This document shows, piece after piece, positions 1 through 9,528 of a DNA stretch of 64,000 nt. Below the pieces are notes generated by a model. That model did not search any database. It was not told the DNA's origin and worked only from the letters and a program-made list of their open reading frames with translations. Positions within the stretch are counted from its first letter, which is position 1. Each line of letters begins with the position of its first letter. This DNA is from an uncultured Leptospiraceae bacterium (GTDB taxonomy: Bacteria > Spirochaetota > UBA4802 > UB4802), in contig CAZVRB010000003.1 in NCBI GenBank assembly GCA_964629365.1, positions 17,711-81,710 on the forward strand, written 5' to 3'. The translations under genes and the position numbers were made by a program.

Positions 1-2
1 GA

Positions 3-482
3 ACTGGCGACATCGGTGTAATTGATGAAGATGGCTGCCTCAGCATCACAGGTCGTTTAAAGGATATTATAGTTACCGCAGGTGGTAAAAATATATCCCC
101 ACAAAATCTTGAAAGCAGTATTAAGGCATCACCTTATATCGAACAGATAGGCGTCATTGGTGACAAGAGAAAATACCTTTCAGCCCTTATCGTTCCTGCC
201 TTCCCTGAATTAGAATCATATGCCAAGGAGAAAGATATTTCATACAGTTCACATGATGATCTTATCAAGAACGATGAAATCAATGCCCTCATCAGGGAAG
301 AAATTGATAAGTATACCAGGCATTTTGCCAGGGTTGAGCAGATTCGAAAATTCACCCTCCTTGATGCCGAATGGACACAGGAAACTGACGAGTTAACTCC
401 AACCCAGAAGGTTAAGCGTAAGGTTATCAGCGAAAAATATGCCAATGAGATAGATGCCATGTACACAGAAGATAACGAGTAA
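3..482 (+). CDS. Long-chain fatty-acid--CoA ligase (AMP-dependent synthetase), C-terminal fragment; 5' end lies outside the window
   Basis: Frame-3 translation from the window edge (TGDIGVIDEDGCLSITGRLKDIIVTAGGKNISPQNLE...TPTQKVKRKVI) matches the conserved C-terminal domain of FadD-type acyl-CoA synthetases. There is no in-window start codon, which is why it is absent from the ORF track. Stop codon at 480-482. Confidence 0.6.
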   Translation, partial: TGDIGVIDEDGCLSITGRLKDIIVTAGGKNISPQNLESSIKASPYIEQIGVIGDKRKYLSALIVPAFPELESYAKEKDISYSSHDDLIKNDEINALIREEIDKYTRHFARVEQIRKFTLLDAEWTQETDELTPTQKVKRKVISEKYANEIDAMYTEDNE

Positions 483-619
483 AGTTATATCTTTTGGGGG
501 CAAATTTTTATTGTTGCATAAAGTCATTAAGTCTTTTACACTAATTTTGCGGTCAAAGCATTATGCTTCTGGCCGCAAAATCAGTAAATACAGATATAAT
601 GGATCTGTTGGAGGAAAAT

Positions 620-835
620 ATGAAAAAAATTCTTATTATTTTAGCTTCAATAGCACTTGCAACATCTATGGCATTTACAGTATCAGCATTCAGCCCTAAA
701 AAAATGGCATGTGAGAAAGCATGTAAAGAAGCACTGCAGAAATGTAAAAAAGAAACAAAGAAAGATGAAGTTAAAAAAGCCGCGTGTAAAGTGGCTTACG
801 AAGAATGTCTCGCAGACTGTGAAAAAAAAGAATAA
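620..835 (+). CDS. Small secreted Lys/Cys-rich protein (hypothetical)
   Basis: ATG at 620 is preceded by GGAGG (610-614). N-terminal signal peptide MKKILIILASIALATSMAFTVSA. The mature part is rich in K/E/C (CEKACKEALQKC...CKVAYEECLADC). Confidence 0.45.
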   Translation: MKKILIILASIALATSMAFTVSAFSPKKMACEKACKEALQKCKKETKKDEVKKAACKVAYEECLADCEKKE

Positions 836-869
836 TTCAACATCAACACTAATCTTTACATATAAAAAT

Positions 870-900
870 GGATGAAGAGCATACTTCATCCATTTTTTTT
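870..900. terminator. Bidirectional rho-independent terminator between convergent genes
   Basis: Hairpin ggatgaag-agcata-cttcatcc followed by T9 on the + strand and by A/T-rich sequence on the - strand. It lies between the stop of the 620-835 ORF and the stop of the 906-2282 gene. Confidence 0.6.
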
Positions 901-905
901 ACATA

Positions 906-2282
906 TTATTCATTTACATAAGTGTCAGCAATATCAAGTGCCCTGTCCATCATACTTATTCCCTCATCAATTTCATCCCTGTTTACAATTAGAGGTGGAG
1001 CCATTGCAATAATATTACTCGGATTTGCAGCCATTGCAATCATGCCAAGTTCTCCAAGTTTTTTAGCAACCTCCAGTTTGGGATTCCCGCCTGAACGTAT
1101 CTTGGCATCAAGAGGTATTATCGGCTCCCTTGTTTTCCTGTTTTTCACAAGTTCTAGACCGACAAAAAGACCCTTTCCCCGAACTTCTCCAATACAGGAA
1201 TGTTTATCCTGAAGCTCTCTGGCTTTCTGTAACAGGTATTCACCCATTATTGCAGCATTTTCAATAAGATTGTCTTCTTCGTATATCTGAATGACACGCA
1301 GGGCTGCGGCACAGCCAACCGCGTGACCCGCATAGGTTGCCCCATGGCTGAAAAAATGATCCCTGAAATGATACCCGATATGTTCCCTTGCAATTGCAGC
1401 TCCAAGTGGCAGATATCCTGATGTCAACCCTTTGGCCATTGTCATTATATCTGGTACAACATCCCAATGATCCATGGCAAACCATTTTCCAGTTCTCCCG
1501 AATCCACTCATAACTTCGTCGGCTATCATCAACACACCCCATTTATCACATATTCTTCTCAACTCCGGCATGTAATCATCGGGAGGCACTATGATACCAT
1601 TCGCCCCTGTTACAGGCTCAAGGATAATTCCCCCTACCTTTTCATCACCACCTTCAAGCTCAATTACCCTGTCAATGTATTTCACACATTGTAAATCACA
1701 TGATGGATATGTAAGACCGAACATGCATCGGTAACAATATGGCTGGGGAACAGTAACAGACTCGCTACCACCCGGTACCTGGGCCCAGTTTCTCGGATCA
1801 CCCGCTGAAAGTGTCATTGCCGCGGCTGTCGCACCATGATAGGAGTTATACCTTGAAATAATTTTCCGTTTCCCTGTATACTGGTGACATATTTTAATCG
1901 CAGCCTCATTAGCCTCGGTTCCCCCAAGGGTAATAAATGACCTTGAAAGATCGCCGGGAGTAATTTCTGATAGTACTTTCCCAAGTAAAGCTCTTGGCCG
2001 GTTTGAAAAGCTCGGGGCGAATGATGTTAAGTCCTTAGCCTGTTCCTGTATTGTGTCGAGTACACGTTGGTCCTGATGGCCAATATTATGGCTTACAAAA
2101 CATGAACTGAAATCAAGGCGTTCTCTACCATCTTCTGTTTTAAAACGGATTCCCTTTGCGGATAATACCCTGGGAGGCGATACTACTGGCTGATACGACC
2201 ATGAATGAAATATATTTTCTGTTTCGTATCTATCGAGATCTTCTTTTGAATCAGCCGGACTTAACACATATTTTCTTTTCAT
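906..2282 (-). CDS. Class-III (omega-type) PLP-dependent aminotransferase
   Basis: 458 aa. Motifs GGTEANEAAIK, ADEVMSGFGRTGKWFA and the TMAKGLTSGYLPLG lysine region are typical of the aspartate-aminotransferase-family class III enzymes (taurine/beta-alanine/DABA--pyruvate aminotransferase-like). Confidence 0.8.
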   Translation of the reverse strand: MKRKYVLSPADSKEDLDRYETENIFHSWSYQPVVSPPRVLSAKGIRFKTEDGRERLDFSSCFVSHNIGHQDQRVLDTIQEQAKDLTSFAPSFSNRPRALLGKVLSEITPGDLSRSFITLGGTEANEAAIKICHQYTGKRKIISRYNSYHGATAAAMTLSAGDPRNWAQVPGGSESVTVPQPYCYRCMFGLTYPSCDLQCVKYIDRVIELEGGDEKVGGIILEPVTGANGIIVPPDDYMPELRRICDKWGVLMIADEVMSGFGRTGKWFAMDHWDVVPDIMTMAKGLTSGYLPLGAAIAREHIGYHFRDHFFSHGATYAGHAVGCAAALRVIQIYEEDNLIENAAIMGEYLLQKARELQDKHSCIGEVRGKGLFVGLELVKNRKTREPIIPLDAKIRSGGNPKLEVAKKLGELGMIAMAANPSNIIAMAPPLIVNRDEIDEGISMMDRALDIADTYVNE

Positions 2283-2303
2283 AAGTCCCTACCGTGAATA
2301 ATA

Positions 2304-3767
2304 TTATTTTTTAAAGAAATTTTTAATTTTCATGTAAAGCAGACCTGCTTTCATGGAAAAATCCTGTTTTTGCATTTCCTCTTCATTCTCGATGTCAATA
2401 TCAGTTTTAGAAAAATCAGGCATCTCTCCATCGGGTCCGTACATTCCTTCCATCATACTGAGAATATTTTTACGAACCATGCTGCGAACCGGTATATTTG
2501 CCACAAGGCCATACATAGCCGCCCCACCCTGGTTTGCAAGTTCTGGATTTTCTTTTACTACTTCAACTGATGCTTTCAGCTCAGAAATAAACTTATCCAC
2601 AACATCCTTATGAAATGCGGTAACCATGATATGCAGCCCTTCTGGTTTTTGTGTTTTATCAATATGCCATCCTCGATGCTCCATCTGGTCACCAACTGCA
2701 TAAATATTTATTTTTTTACTGGTTGAGGTGAAGGCGAACACACTCATTTCTGGATTTCCGATAACTCGTAATTCGGGAATTGCATTCACTTTATCAATTA
2801 ACTCACGCGTTGTTTCAATGGTAATTTTTGCCAGTTCTTTATACCCTTCTTCTCCCATGTACATCATAGCAGCCCAGGCAGCTGCGATTGCCCCACCGGG
2901 CCTGGTTCCAAGTAGTGCCGGGGAAACGTACAAACCGCCTGACCAATTCTCATATATAAAAAACTGGTGACGCAGGTATTCCATGCTCCTGTATATGATA
3001 GTTGACGCACCTTTCGCGCTATACCCGTACTTATGTGTATCAGCTGACATTGAAGTAACACCCGGTACCCTGAAATCAAATGGTGGAACAGTATACCCTG
3101 TTTTCTCAACAAATGGAAGCAAATATCCTCCAAGACAGGCATCCACATGCAGAGGTATGCCTTTTTTTTGAGCAAGTTCACCAAGTTCTTCAATAGGATC
3201 AATGACACCGAATGGATAGCATGGTGCTGAACCTATAATCATAATGGTGTTTCTATTAACCAGTTTTTTTACAGCCTTCATATCAACACGATAATCATCG
3301 GCCAGTGGTGCCAGAACCATTTTCACATCAAAATATTTTGCTGCTTTCTGATAAGCCACATGAATAGATTCGGGAGCAATCATTTCTGGTTTTCTTATCC
3401 ATGGCTTTTTTGACCTTGCCATATCCCTGTATGTTTTCACAGGCAATAGACAACTCTCTGTACCACCTGAGGTAATAGTTCCACACGCCTTGTCTCCGCC
3501 ATGTAACATAGCGGCAGTCATCTTTATCACTTCTGATTCGAATTTCTTCAGACTTTTAAAAGCCATGGGATTCAAGCCATTCTGAGAGAAAAACATACCA
3601 TATGCTTCTTTCAGAAAACTGGTGTATTCATCACCAAGGTAATATACCAGGCTCCAGGTTTTACCATCTCGATAATTCGCATCATTACTTGCAAAACCTG
3701 TCATCTGGTTTAATATTTCATCTTTGTCAAGCCCCTTCCCTGGAAGAGCATTCTGATCATTTTCCAT
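2304..3767 (-). CDS. Group II PLP-dependent decarboxylase/lyase, sphingosine-1-phosphate-lyase-like
   Basis: 487 aa. SGGTESCLL, HVDACLGGYLLPF and the PLP-lysine motif SADTHKYGYSAKG resemble the S1P lyase/glutamate decarboxylase-like family. A 21-nt gap separates it from the downstream aminotransferase, consistent with an operon. Confidence 0.7.
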   Translation of the reverse strand: MENDQNALPGKGLDKDEILNQMTGFASNDANYRDGKTWSLVYYLGDEYTSFLKEAYGMFFSQNGLNPMAFKSLKKFESEVIKMTAAMLHGGDKACGTITSGGTESCLLPVKTYRDMARSKKPWIRKPEMIAPESIHVAYQKAAKYFDVKMVLAPLADDYRVDMKAVKKLVNRNTIMIIGSAPCYPFGVIDPIEELGELAQKKGIPLHVDACLGGYLLPFVEKTGYTVPPFDFRVPGVTSMSADTHKYGYSAKGASTIIYRSMEYLRHQFFIYENWSGGLYVSPALLGTRPGGAIAAAWAAMMYMGEEGYKELAKITIETTRELIDKVNAIPELRVIGNPEMSVFAFTSTSKKINIYAVGDQMEHRGWHIDKTQKPEGLHIMVTAFHKDVVDKFISELKASVEVVKENPELANQGGAAMYGLVANIPVRSMVRKNILSMMEGMYGPDGEMPDFSKTDIDIENEEEMQKQDFSMKAGLLYMKIKNFFKK

Positions 3768-3813
3768 TTTTTACCCCCTAACTATTTTTCTTATTATAAT
3801 ATGGATTAATATA

Positions 3814-4977
3814 TTATAATCCAATTGATCTGAAAATATATGCCATTGATATACCAAGGTAATTACCTATGGCATACCCAATAATTCCCGTCGTTAAACC
3901 TGAAATAAGAACTTCCCTGTTTTTAATAGCATCAGCTACCAGGGGTACAAATGGGGGTGAGCAAATTGCCGAGGTAGATGTAACAATAAAAGTATCAGCA
4001 TCAACATTGAAAAAACGACAGAGTAATGCATGTAGAAGCATACTGCCAAATACGGCAAATACAAGGTAATACATAATGGTATAATTAATATTCATGATGA
4101 GACTGGCATTAGCCATAGATCCAACCACCACACAAAAAATATATATGAAATACATTCCAAGCTGAAAGGACTTATTGATTTTCCTAACAGGGGTGATGAA
4201 TGAAGCCGCAATACCAAGAGATGTAACGGTAATTATTGCAGTGGTGGTTTTGTAGTATTCTGAAACAATAGTACTTAGGAAAACAGCTATTCCAACAATG
4301 ACAATTGATAATAGAAGTGCTTTAATCAGGTTTTTTAATACAGGAAGATTAAGCATATCAGAATATGAACTGACGTCCTCCTCCTCAAGTCTTTCTTTAT
4401 GATCATCAACCGATAGACCATTTTTGTATACAAATGGTTTAAGGAATTTCAAAAACACCCTCTGTGCAATAGAGATGACGAATAGTATGTAAATTATCGA
4501 AATAACCGTATCATATGTATGCATTATAATGAATGTGGTTGAGTCAATATCAAGTGCTGATTTAATTGCAGCCAGGTTTGGTGTTCCACCGGTATATACG
4601 CCGATCAGCATACCTGAAATTTTCCACGCATCAGGAAGTATGTTTCTCGTATACAGATAACCGATAGTTGAAATGACAACAATTGAGATTGTGGCTAAAG
4701 CCATTGAGAGTATAGTTTTACCGGCAAGCCGGGTCCACCTCTTTATATCCAGGGTAAACAATAGTAATGGCAAAGCAAGTACTACTGATATATCAGCAGC
4801 TGTTTCCTGTATGGGATATACATCCAGAGGAAGAATTCCGGTATTACCAATAATTATTCCAGCAAGATAACACAAAAGCACGGCACCAATTCGATTAAAT
4901 ATTGTAAACCTGTAGCAAAGATATATTACAATAGCGGGAAACATGATATAAAAGGTGATCAACAGCGGAATAGACAC
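3814..4977 (-). CDS. Polytopic integral membrane protein, DUF819-like (putative transporter)
   Basis: 387 aa with about 10 predicted hydrophobic helices. The N-terminal pattern ...IGAVLLCYLAGIIIGNTGILP resembles DUF819-family membrane proteins. First gene of the TetR-divergent operon. Confidence 0.5.
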   Translation of the reverse strand: MSIPLLITFYIMFPAIVIYLCYRFTIFNRIGAVLLCYLAGIIIGNTGILPLDVYPIQETAADISVVLALPLLLFTLDIKRWTRLAGKTILSMALATISIVVISTIGYLYTRNILPDAWKISGMLIGVYTGGTPNLAAIKSALDIDSTTFIIMHTYDTVISIIYILFVISIAQRVFLKFLKPFVYKNGLSVDDHKERLEEEDVSSYSDMLNLPVLKNLIKALLLSIVIVGIAVFLSTIVSEYYKTTTAIITVTSLGIAASFITPVRKINKSFQLGMYFIYIFCVVVGSMANASLIMNINYTIMYYLVFAVFGSMLLHALLCRFFNVDADTFIVTSTSAICSPPFVPLVADAIKNREVLISGLTTGIIGYAIGNYLGISMAYIFRSIGL

Positions 4978-5005
4978 AATAATTACCTCTTGACATATAT
5001 TCTAT

Positions 5006-5020
5006 ACAGTGTATTACTGT
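5006..5020. promoter_or_regulatory. Candidate TetR operator palindrome in divergent promoter region
   Basis: Perfect palindrome ACAGT-GTATT-ACTGT between the divergent DUF819 operon and the TetR gene. TTGACA-like -35 boxes lie on both strands nearby (4991-4996 on +, 5056-5061 on -). Confidence 0.25.
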
Positions 5021-5146
5021 TCACTATGATGTATTGTTTTGCACTGTATTGATATTGTCAACATTTTTTTCCTTTACAAGTATTAATGTTCTACTCTGTA
5101 TAATAGCATAAACCTTAATATTTAAATACTTCAGCAGGGATATCCA

Positions 5147-5803
5147 ATGAAACAGGCTGATCGAAAACAGTGGGAAAAGCAGCAAAGGCAGAACAGAATT
5201 ATCGATATAGCTGAAAATATCTTCTTCGAAAAAGGTGTAGACGGTACGACCATTGAAGAAATTGCACAAGCAGCAGGCTACAACAAGCGAACATTGTATC
5301 TTTATTTCAAGGACAAGGAAGAAATATTTCTTGCGGTTGTATTCAGGGCACTAAAACTCTTCAACGAAATGCTTCAAAACGCTTTTCAAAACCCATGCGA
5401 AGGGAAAACAATTATTTTTGGTCTTGCAAGGGCCTTTTATAGTTTTTCCATAGACCATCCTGCTTACTTCCACTTGATGATGGTATATGAATCGAGGAAT
5501 TGCGTTTACTACCCCATACAGGGTGAGGAAAAAAAATATGGAGAATACCGTGAGGCCTGTCAGGAAGTAACCGACAAGAATTCTGAACTGGTTACCAGGG
5601 CTATTGAATCTGGTATTACAAAAGGAACCATACGAAATGACCTGCTTCCCCGCCAGTTAATGCTGTTATTATGGGGTGAAATATTTGGCGTTATGCAAAT
5701 CATTCTCATGAGAAAGAACCATTTTGAAGATGCCTATGGTATAAGTTACCGTGAATTATTCGATTATTTCCTTGAATCTTCTGAACGAGCTCTTCGGCCA
5801 TAA
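5147..5803 (+). CDS. TetR/AcrR-family transcriptional regulator
   Basis: N-terminal HTH IAENIFFEKGVDGTTIEEIAQAAGYNKRTLYLYFKDKEEIF is the canonical TetR_N domain. 218 aa. Confidence 0.85.
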   Translation: MKQADRKQWEKQQRQNRIIDIAENIFFEKGVDGTTIEEIAQAAGYNKRTLYLYFKDKEEIFLAVVFRALKLFNEMLQNAFQNPCEGKTIIFGLARAFYSFSIDHPAYFHLMMVYESRNCVYYPIQGEEKKYGEYREACQEVTDKNSELVTRAIESGITKGTIRNDLLPRQLMLLLWGEIFGVMQIILMRKNHFEDAYGISYRELFDYFLESSERALRP

Positions 5804-5810
5804 GAAACTA

Positions 5811-7685
5811 TCAATCAGCAAGGGAGAATACGTATTCGTCACCATGTTTTATTAGATAATAATCAGTTTTAATTTTAGATGAAAGCTTTGCGGCTACATA
5901 GAATAAAAATGTAAAAAGAATAAGAATCCATGATACTGATACAATGGCAACACCTGTCCAGAAAATACATGAAAAGATGGTATCAGCCATTTTATTGATC
6001 CTGAATACCCCATTTACAGGAGGACTATCCGGATTTCTGAATACTCGACTTCCATATGAAAGGGTAAAACCAATTAACCCCACAATAGATACAACAATAC
6101 CAATATCCATCCATACAGTTCCAAACCACAATGGAGATATTAATGTTATTGCAAATAACGAAATAACAGATAGAGACCGAAGCAGTAGAATCAATTTTGC
6201 TTTTTTCCCGCCGGTGATGTAAACAGATAACAAATCACTGCGATTTCCCTTTCGTGCACCCATGAACAACAGAACAGAAACGATTCCATATACTGCTGCC
6301 ATGAGCCACGAATTAAATAAACCAAAAGCATATACCATTTTTCCAATCAGTGGAAATTCTTCAGATTCTGTTCGAGCACTGGTCATTAACTTTTTAATTT
6401 CAGCTGTCATTTCCGGATATTCATCGGCAAGATCAGTTGTTTCACCAGGATCTTTTCCAAGATTATATAATTGTGGTTCTGCATTCGGAAAAAGTCGCAC
6501 ATTTAGACGTATCGCCTTCCAATCATTTTTCCGCAATGCCTGCTTTCCACCTTGTTCATGGAATTCCCAGTACAGATATTCATGGTCTTTCTGAGTTGAT
6601 GATTTCCCAAGAAGTTCCGAAAGCATTGACATCCCATCAATTTTTTTGGGAAGCGCAGCCCCGGTAATCTCTGCCAGGGTTGGCATTATATCCCAAAAGG
6701 CGCTGACATGTGAACTGATTGTATCAGCCGGTATTTTACCCGGCCACCATGCAATCATTGGTACACGTATACCACCTTCGTATAGATCCCGCTTTATACC
6801 CCGCAATGGACCATTACTGTTAAAATAATCTGGGTTATATCCCCCTTCGGAATGAGGGCCATTATCGCTTGTAAATATTATTATTGTTTTTTTAGACAAT
6901 CCGGATGTTTTCAGCTTTTCAAGGATGCTTCCCACATCCCTGTCAAGCCTTGATATCATTGCCGCATACTTTTTTTTATTTAATGGCCAGTCACGTTCAG
7001 CATATTCACCCAGATCTGGCACCTGTAATTTGGCATGGGGTATGGTATATGCCAGGTAAAGAAAGAAAGGTTTTTCTCTATGTGAATCTATATATTTCAA
7101 GGCTTCACTGGTAAATAGATCATGTATATATTTTTTCCCATCAAGCTGAACCTTGTTGGCATTTCTCCAGACATGATCGGGATAATATTCATGTGCCTCT
7201 CGTTGGCAAAGATAGCCAAAAAAATGGTCAAAACCATGTTCAGATGGAACCCCTTCAGTTTCAGGCCCCCCAAGTCCCCATTTGCCAATTACAGCACTCG
7301 TATAGTTTTTTGTAGCCAGTATATCTGCTATTGTGGGAATACCTTTTTTTAATGCCATTTGTCCTTCAGGCAATCTTTCCCGGTTTCCTCGTATATATGA
7401 ATGCCCTGTATGGATACCTGTCAACAGGCTGCAACGTGATGGAGCACATACCGGTGCCCCGGCGTAATGCTGTGTAAACAACATTCCCTCTTGTGCCATT
7501 TTATCGATATTCGGGGTGCTTATCTGTCTTTGTCCATAACATCCGAAATCTCCATATCCTGCGTCATCGGCCATGATGTATATGATGTTTGGTTTTGATG
7601 GTTTCCTGACTTGCGGAATACCCGGCTTACTTAAGGTAAATGTCAGGATAGTGATAATTAGTAACCTGATCATGAATGACTCCAT
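5811..7685 (-). CDS. Cys-type sulfatase (arylsulfatase family) fused to a C-terminal polytopic membrane domain
   Basis: Signal peptide, then IIYIMADDAGYGDFGCYGQ and CAPSRCSLLTG (C-x-P-x-R formylglycine motif, Cys type) plus a metal-binding DNGP region. The last 190 aa carry 4-5 hydrophobic helices. Confidence 0.75.
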   Translation of the reverse strand: MESFMIRLLIITILTFTLSKPGIPQVRKPSKPNIIYIMADDAGYGDFGCYGQRQISTPNIDKMAQEGMLFTQHYAGAPVCAPSRCSLLTGIHTGHSYIRGNRERLPEGQMALKKGIPTIADILATKNYTSAVIGKWGLGGPETEGVPSEHGFDHFFGYLCQREAHEYYPDHVWRNANKVQLDGKKYIHDLFTSEALKYIDSHREKPFFLYLAYTIPHAKLQVPDLGEYAERDWPLNKKKYAAMISRLDRDVGSILEKLKTSGLSKKTIIIFTSDNGPHSEGGYNPDYFNSNGPLRGIKRDLYEGGIRVPMIAWWPGKIPADTISSHVSAFWDIMPTLAEITGAALPKKIDGMSMLSELLGKSSTQKDHEYLYWEFHEQGGKQALRKNDWKAIRLNVRLFPNAEPQLYNLGKDPGETTDLADEYPEMTAEIKKLMTSARTESEEFPLIGKMVYAFGLFNSWLMAAVYGIVSVLLFMGARKGNRSDLLSVYITGGKKAKLILLLRSLSVISLFAITLISPLWFGTVWMDIGIVVSIVGLIGFTLSYGSRVFRNPDSPPVNGVFRINKMADTIFSCIFWTGVAIVSVSWILILFTFLFYVAAKLSSKIKTDYYLIKHGDEYVFSLAD

Positions 7686-7812
7686 GATAATATTAAACTT
7701 TGTATTTAATTACATTGCATATTCTTTTACCAGTCAAATAAAATCATAAAAAAAAGCTGCCGTTTTCCAAACGACAGCTTAGTACACATTGTGGTTTACT
7801 GTTATTGTATAA

Positions 7813-8013
7813 TTATATAGCTCTCACGGAAACAGCTCTTGGCCCTTTCTCGCTATTTTCAATCTCAAATTCTACCGGGTCACCTTCTTTCAGGGTTTTA
7901 AATCCATCTCCCTGAATACCCGTATAGTGAACAAATACATCCGTACCGTCCTCTTTTGAGATGAAACCGAATCCCTTCTTCTCGTTAAACCACTTAACTG
8001 AACCTTTAGGCAT
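7813..8013 (-). CDS. cspA: Cold-shock protein (CspA family)
   Basis: [51 protein letters not shown]... contains the RNP1/RNP2 motifs of CSD proteins. ATG at 8013 is preceded by AAGGAG. The ORF-track start (8073) is an upstream in-frame extension. Confidence 0.85.
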   Translation of the reverse strand: MPKGSVKWFNEKKGFGFISKEDGTDVFVHYTGIQGDGFKTLKEGDPVEFEIENSEKGPRAVSVRAI

Positions 8014-8278
8014 TGTACTACTCCTTAAAAATAAATTACGGCTATACGCCAATGTATGATATCGTTGAATCACACTTGTGTACCCCAGATATCACCCATA
8101 ATTATTATTGTCAACATATTATTCATATTAAAAAATTTTTTATATTTGATATATTTCAATAATTTTATTCTTCAATTATCAATATTCATACTATATCATG
8201 GCCTGTAAGTGTTTTTATTAGCCTTGATGCAGTAATATTGATGTTCCAAATAAATTATAGAGGATCCCTTCTATTGTT

Positions 8279-9349
8279 ATGAATAAGCTGATACACAGTA
8301 TTGTATTATTCGCATCAGTTTCTTTTATTATTACATGGCAATTACTGCCACTTACCTCTGAACATAAACCTCCTTCCCATCACACGGATTCCGGGTTTAA
8401 AAATATATACCCGGGTTACCAGGATAAAGATTTTGGTGATTTCCTCTTCTGGATATTAATTGATCGGGCCCGAAATGGCAGGACGAAAGGACCTGACGAT
8501 GTAAATCTTCCTTGTGTTGAAAATGACGGGAGTTTTCTAAAAGAAAAACATAAATATCCAACGTTTACCTGGGTTGGACATTCGACCTTCCTTATCCAGG
8601 TGGATGGTATTAATATTCTAACTGATCCAGTATGGAGTGATCGTGCATCTCCTCTTTCCTTTGTCGGCCCGAAAAGATATGTAAAACCTGGACTTGAATT
8701 CAGCCAATTACCGGACATTGATATTGTAATGATATCACACGACCATTATGACCATCTTGACACAAATACTATCCTTAAACTGGGAAACAAGCCACTGTAC
8801 ATGGTACCCCTTGGTGTTGAAAAAATTCTTTCAGATCTGGATATAACCAATGTCTCTATTCATGACTGGTGGGAAGCAATCGAATATAACAACATAAGGG
8901 TAACTGCTGTGCCTGCACAGCATTTTTCAGGGCGTACAATGTTTGATAGAAATACTAGCCTGTGGTGCGGTTGGGTTATCACTACAAGTAAAAGTGTAAT
9001 TTATTTTGCAGGTGATACCGGGTATTTTCCCGGTTTTACAGAAATAAAAGACAAATTTGGTAAGATTGATATCGCCATGTTACCAATAGGCGCGTATAAG
9101 CCCAGGTGGTTCATGGGACCAGTTCACCTTGACCCGGCTGATGCAATCAAGGCATATTTAGATCTAAAAGCCGATATTTTCGTCGCTATTCACTGGGGCA
9201 CATTTCCCCTTGCAGATGAAGAAATGGATGAGCCACCGAAATTACTTTTTCACGAACTGGACAAACTTGGACTTGAACATAAAAACTTCAATGTCTTTTC
9301 TCACGGAGAGACAAGAACACTTCAAACTTCACCGAGTAAAAAAAGATAA
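8279..9349 (+). CDS. MBL-fold metallo-hydrolase, NAPE-PLD-like, membrane-anchored
   Basis: N-terminal signal anchor. HSTFLIQVDG...ISHDHYDHLD matches the H-x-H-x-D-H motif, and overall similarity is to N-acyl-phosphatidylethanolamine phospholipase-D-type beta-lactamase-fold Zn hydrolases. Confidence 0.7.
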   Translation: MNKLIHSIVLFASVSFIITWQLLPLTSEHKPPSHHTDSGFKNIYPGYQDKDFGDFLFWILIDRARNGRTKGPDDVNLPCVENDGSFLKEKHKYPTFTWVGHSTFLIQVDGINILTDPVWSDRASPLSFVGPKRYVKPGLEFSQLPDIDIVMISHDHYDHLDTNTILKLGNKPLYMVPLGVEKILSDLDITNVSIHDWWEAIEYNNIRVTAVPAQHFSGRTMFDRNTSLWCGWVITTSKSVIYFAGDTGYFPGFTEIKDKFGKIDIAMLPIGAYKPRWFMGPVHLDPADAIKAYLDLKADIFVAIHWGTFPLADEEMDEPPKLLFHELDKLGLEHKNFNVFSHGETRTLQTSPSKKR

Positions 9350-9528
9350 TGAATCACTTTCCTCTTTTTAACCTGAACGTTGCAAAAGAATAGTTCTGCA
9401 CGTTAATTTATTTATTTATACTTAAAAATAAATTATCTTGACTTTTTGTTTTCAAAATGAACTTTTTAATAATACGTATTGATTTTAGTTATTTTATCCA
9501 GTATACAAACGAACTTCAGGGGAAACAG

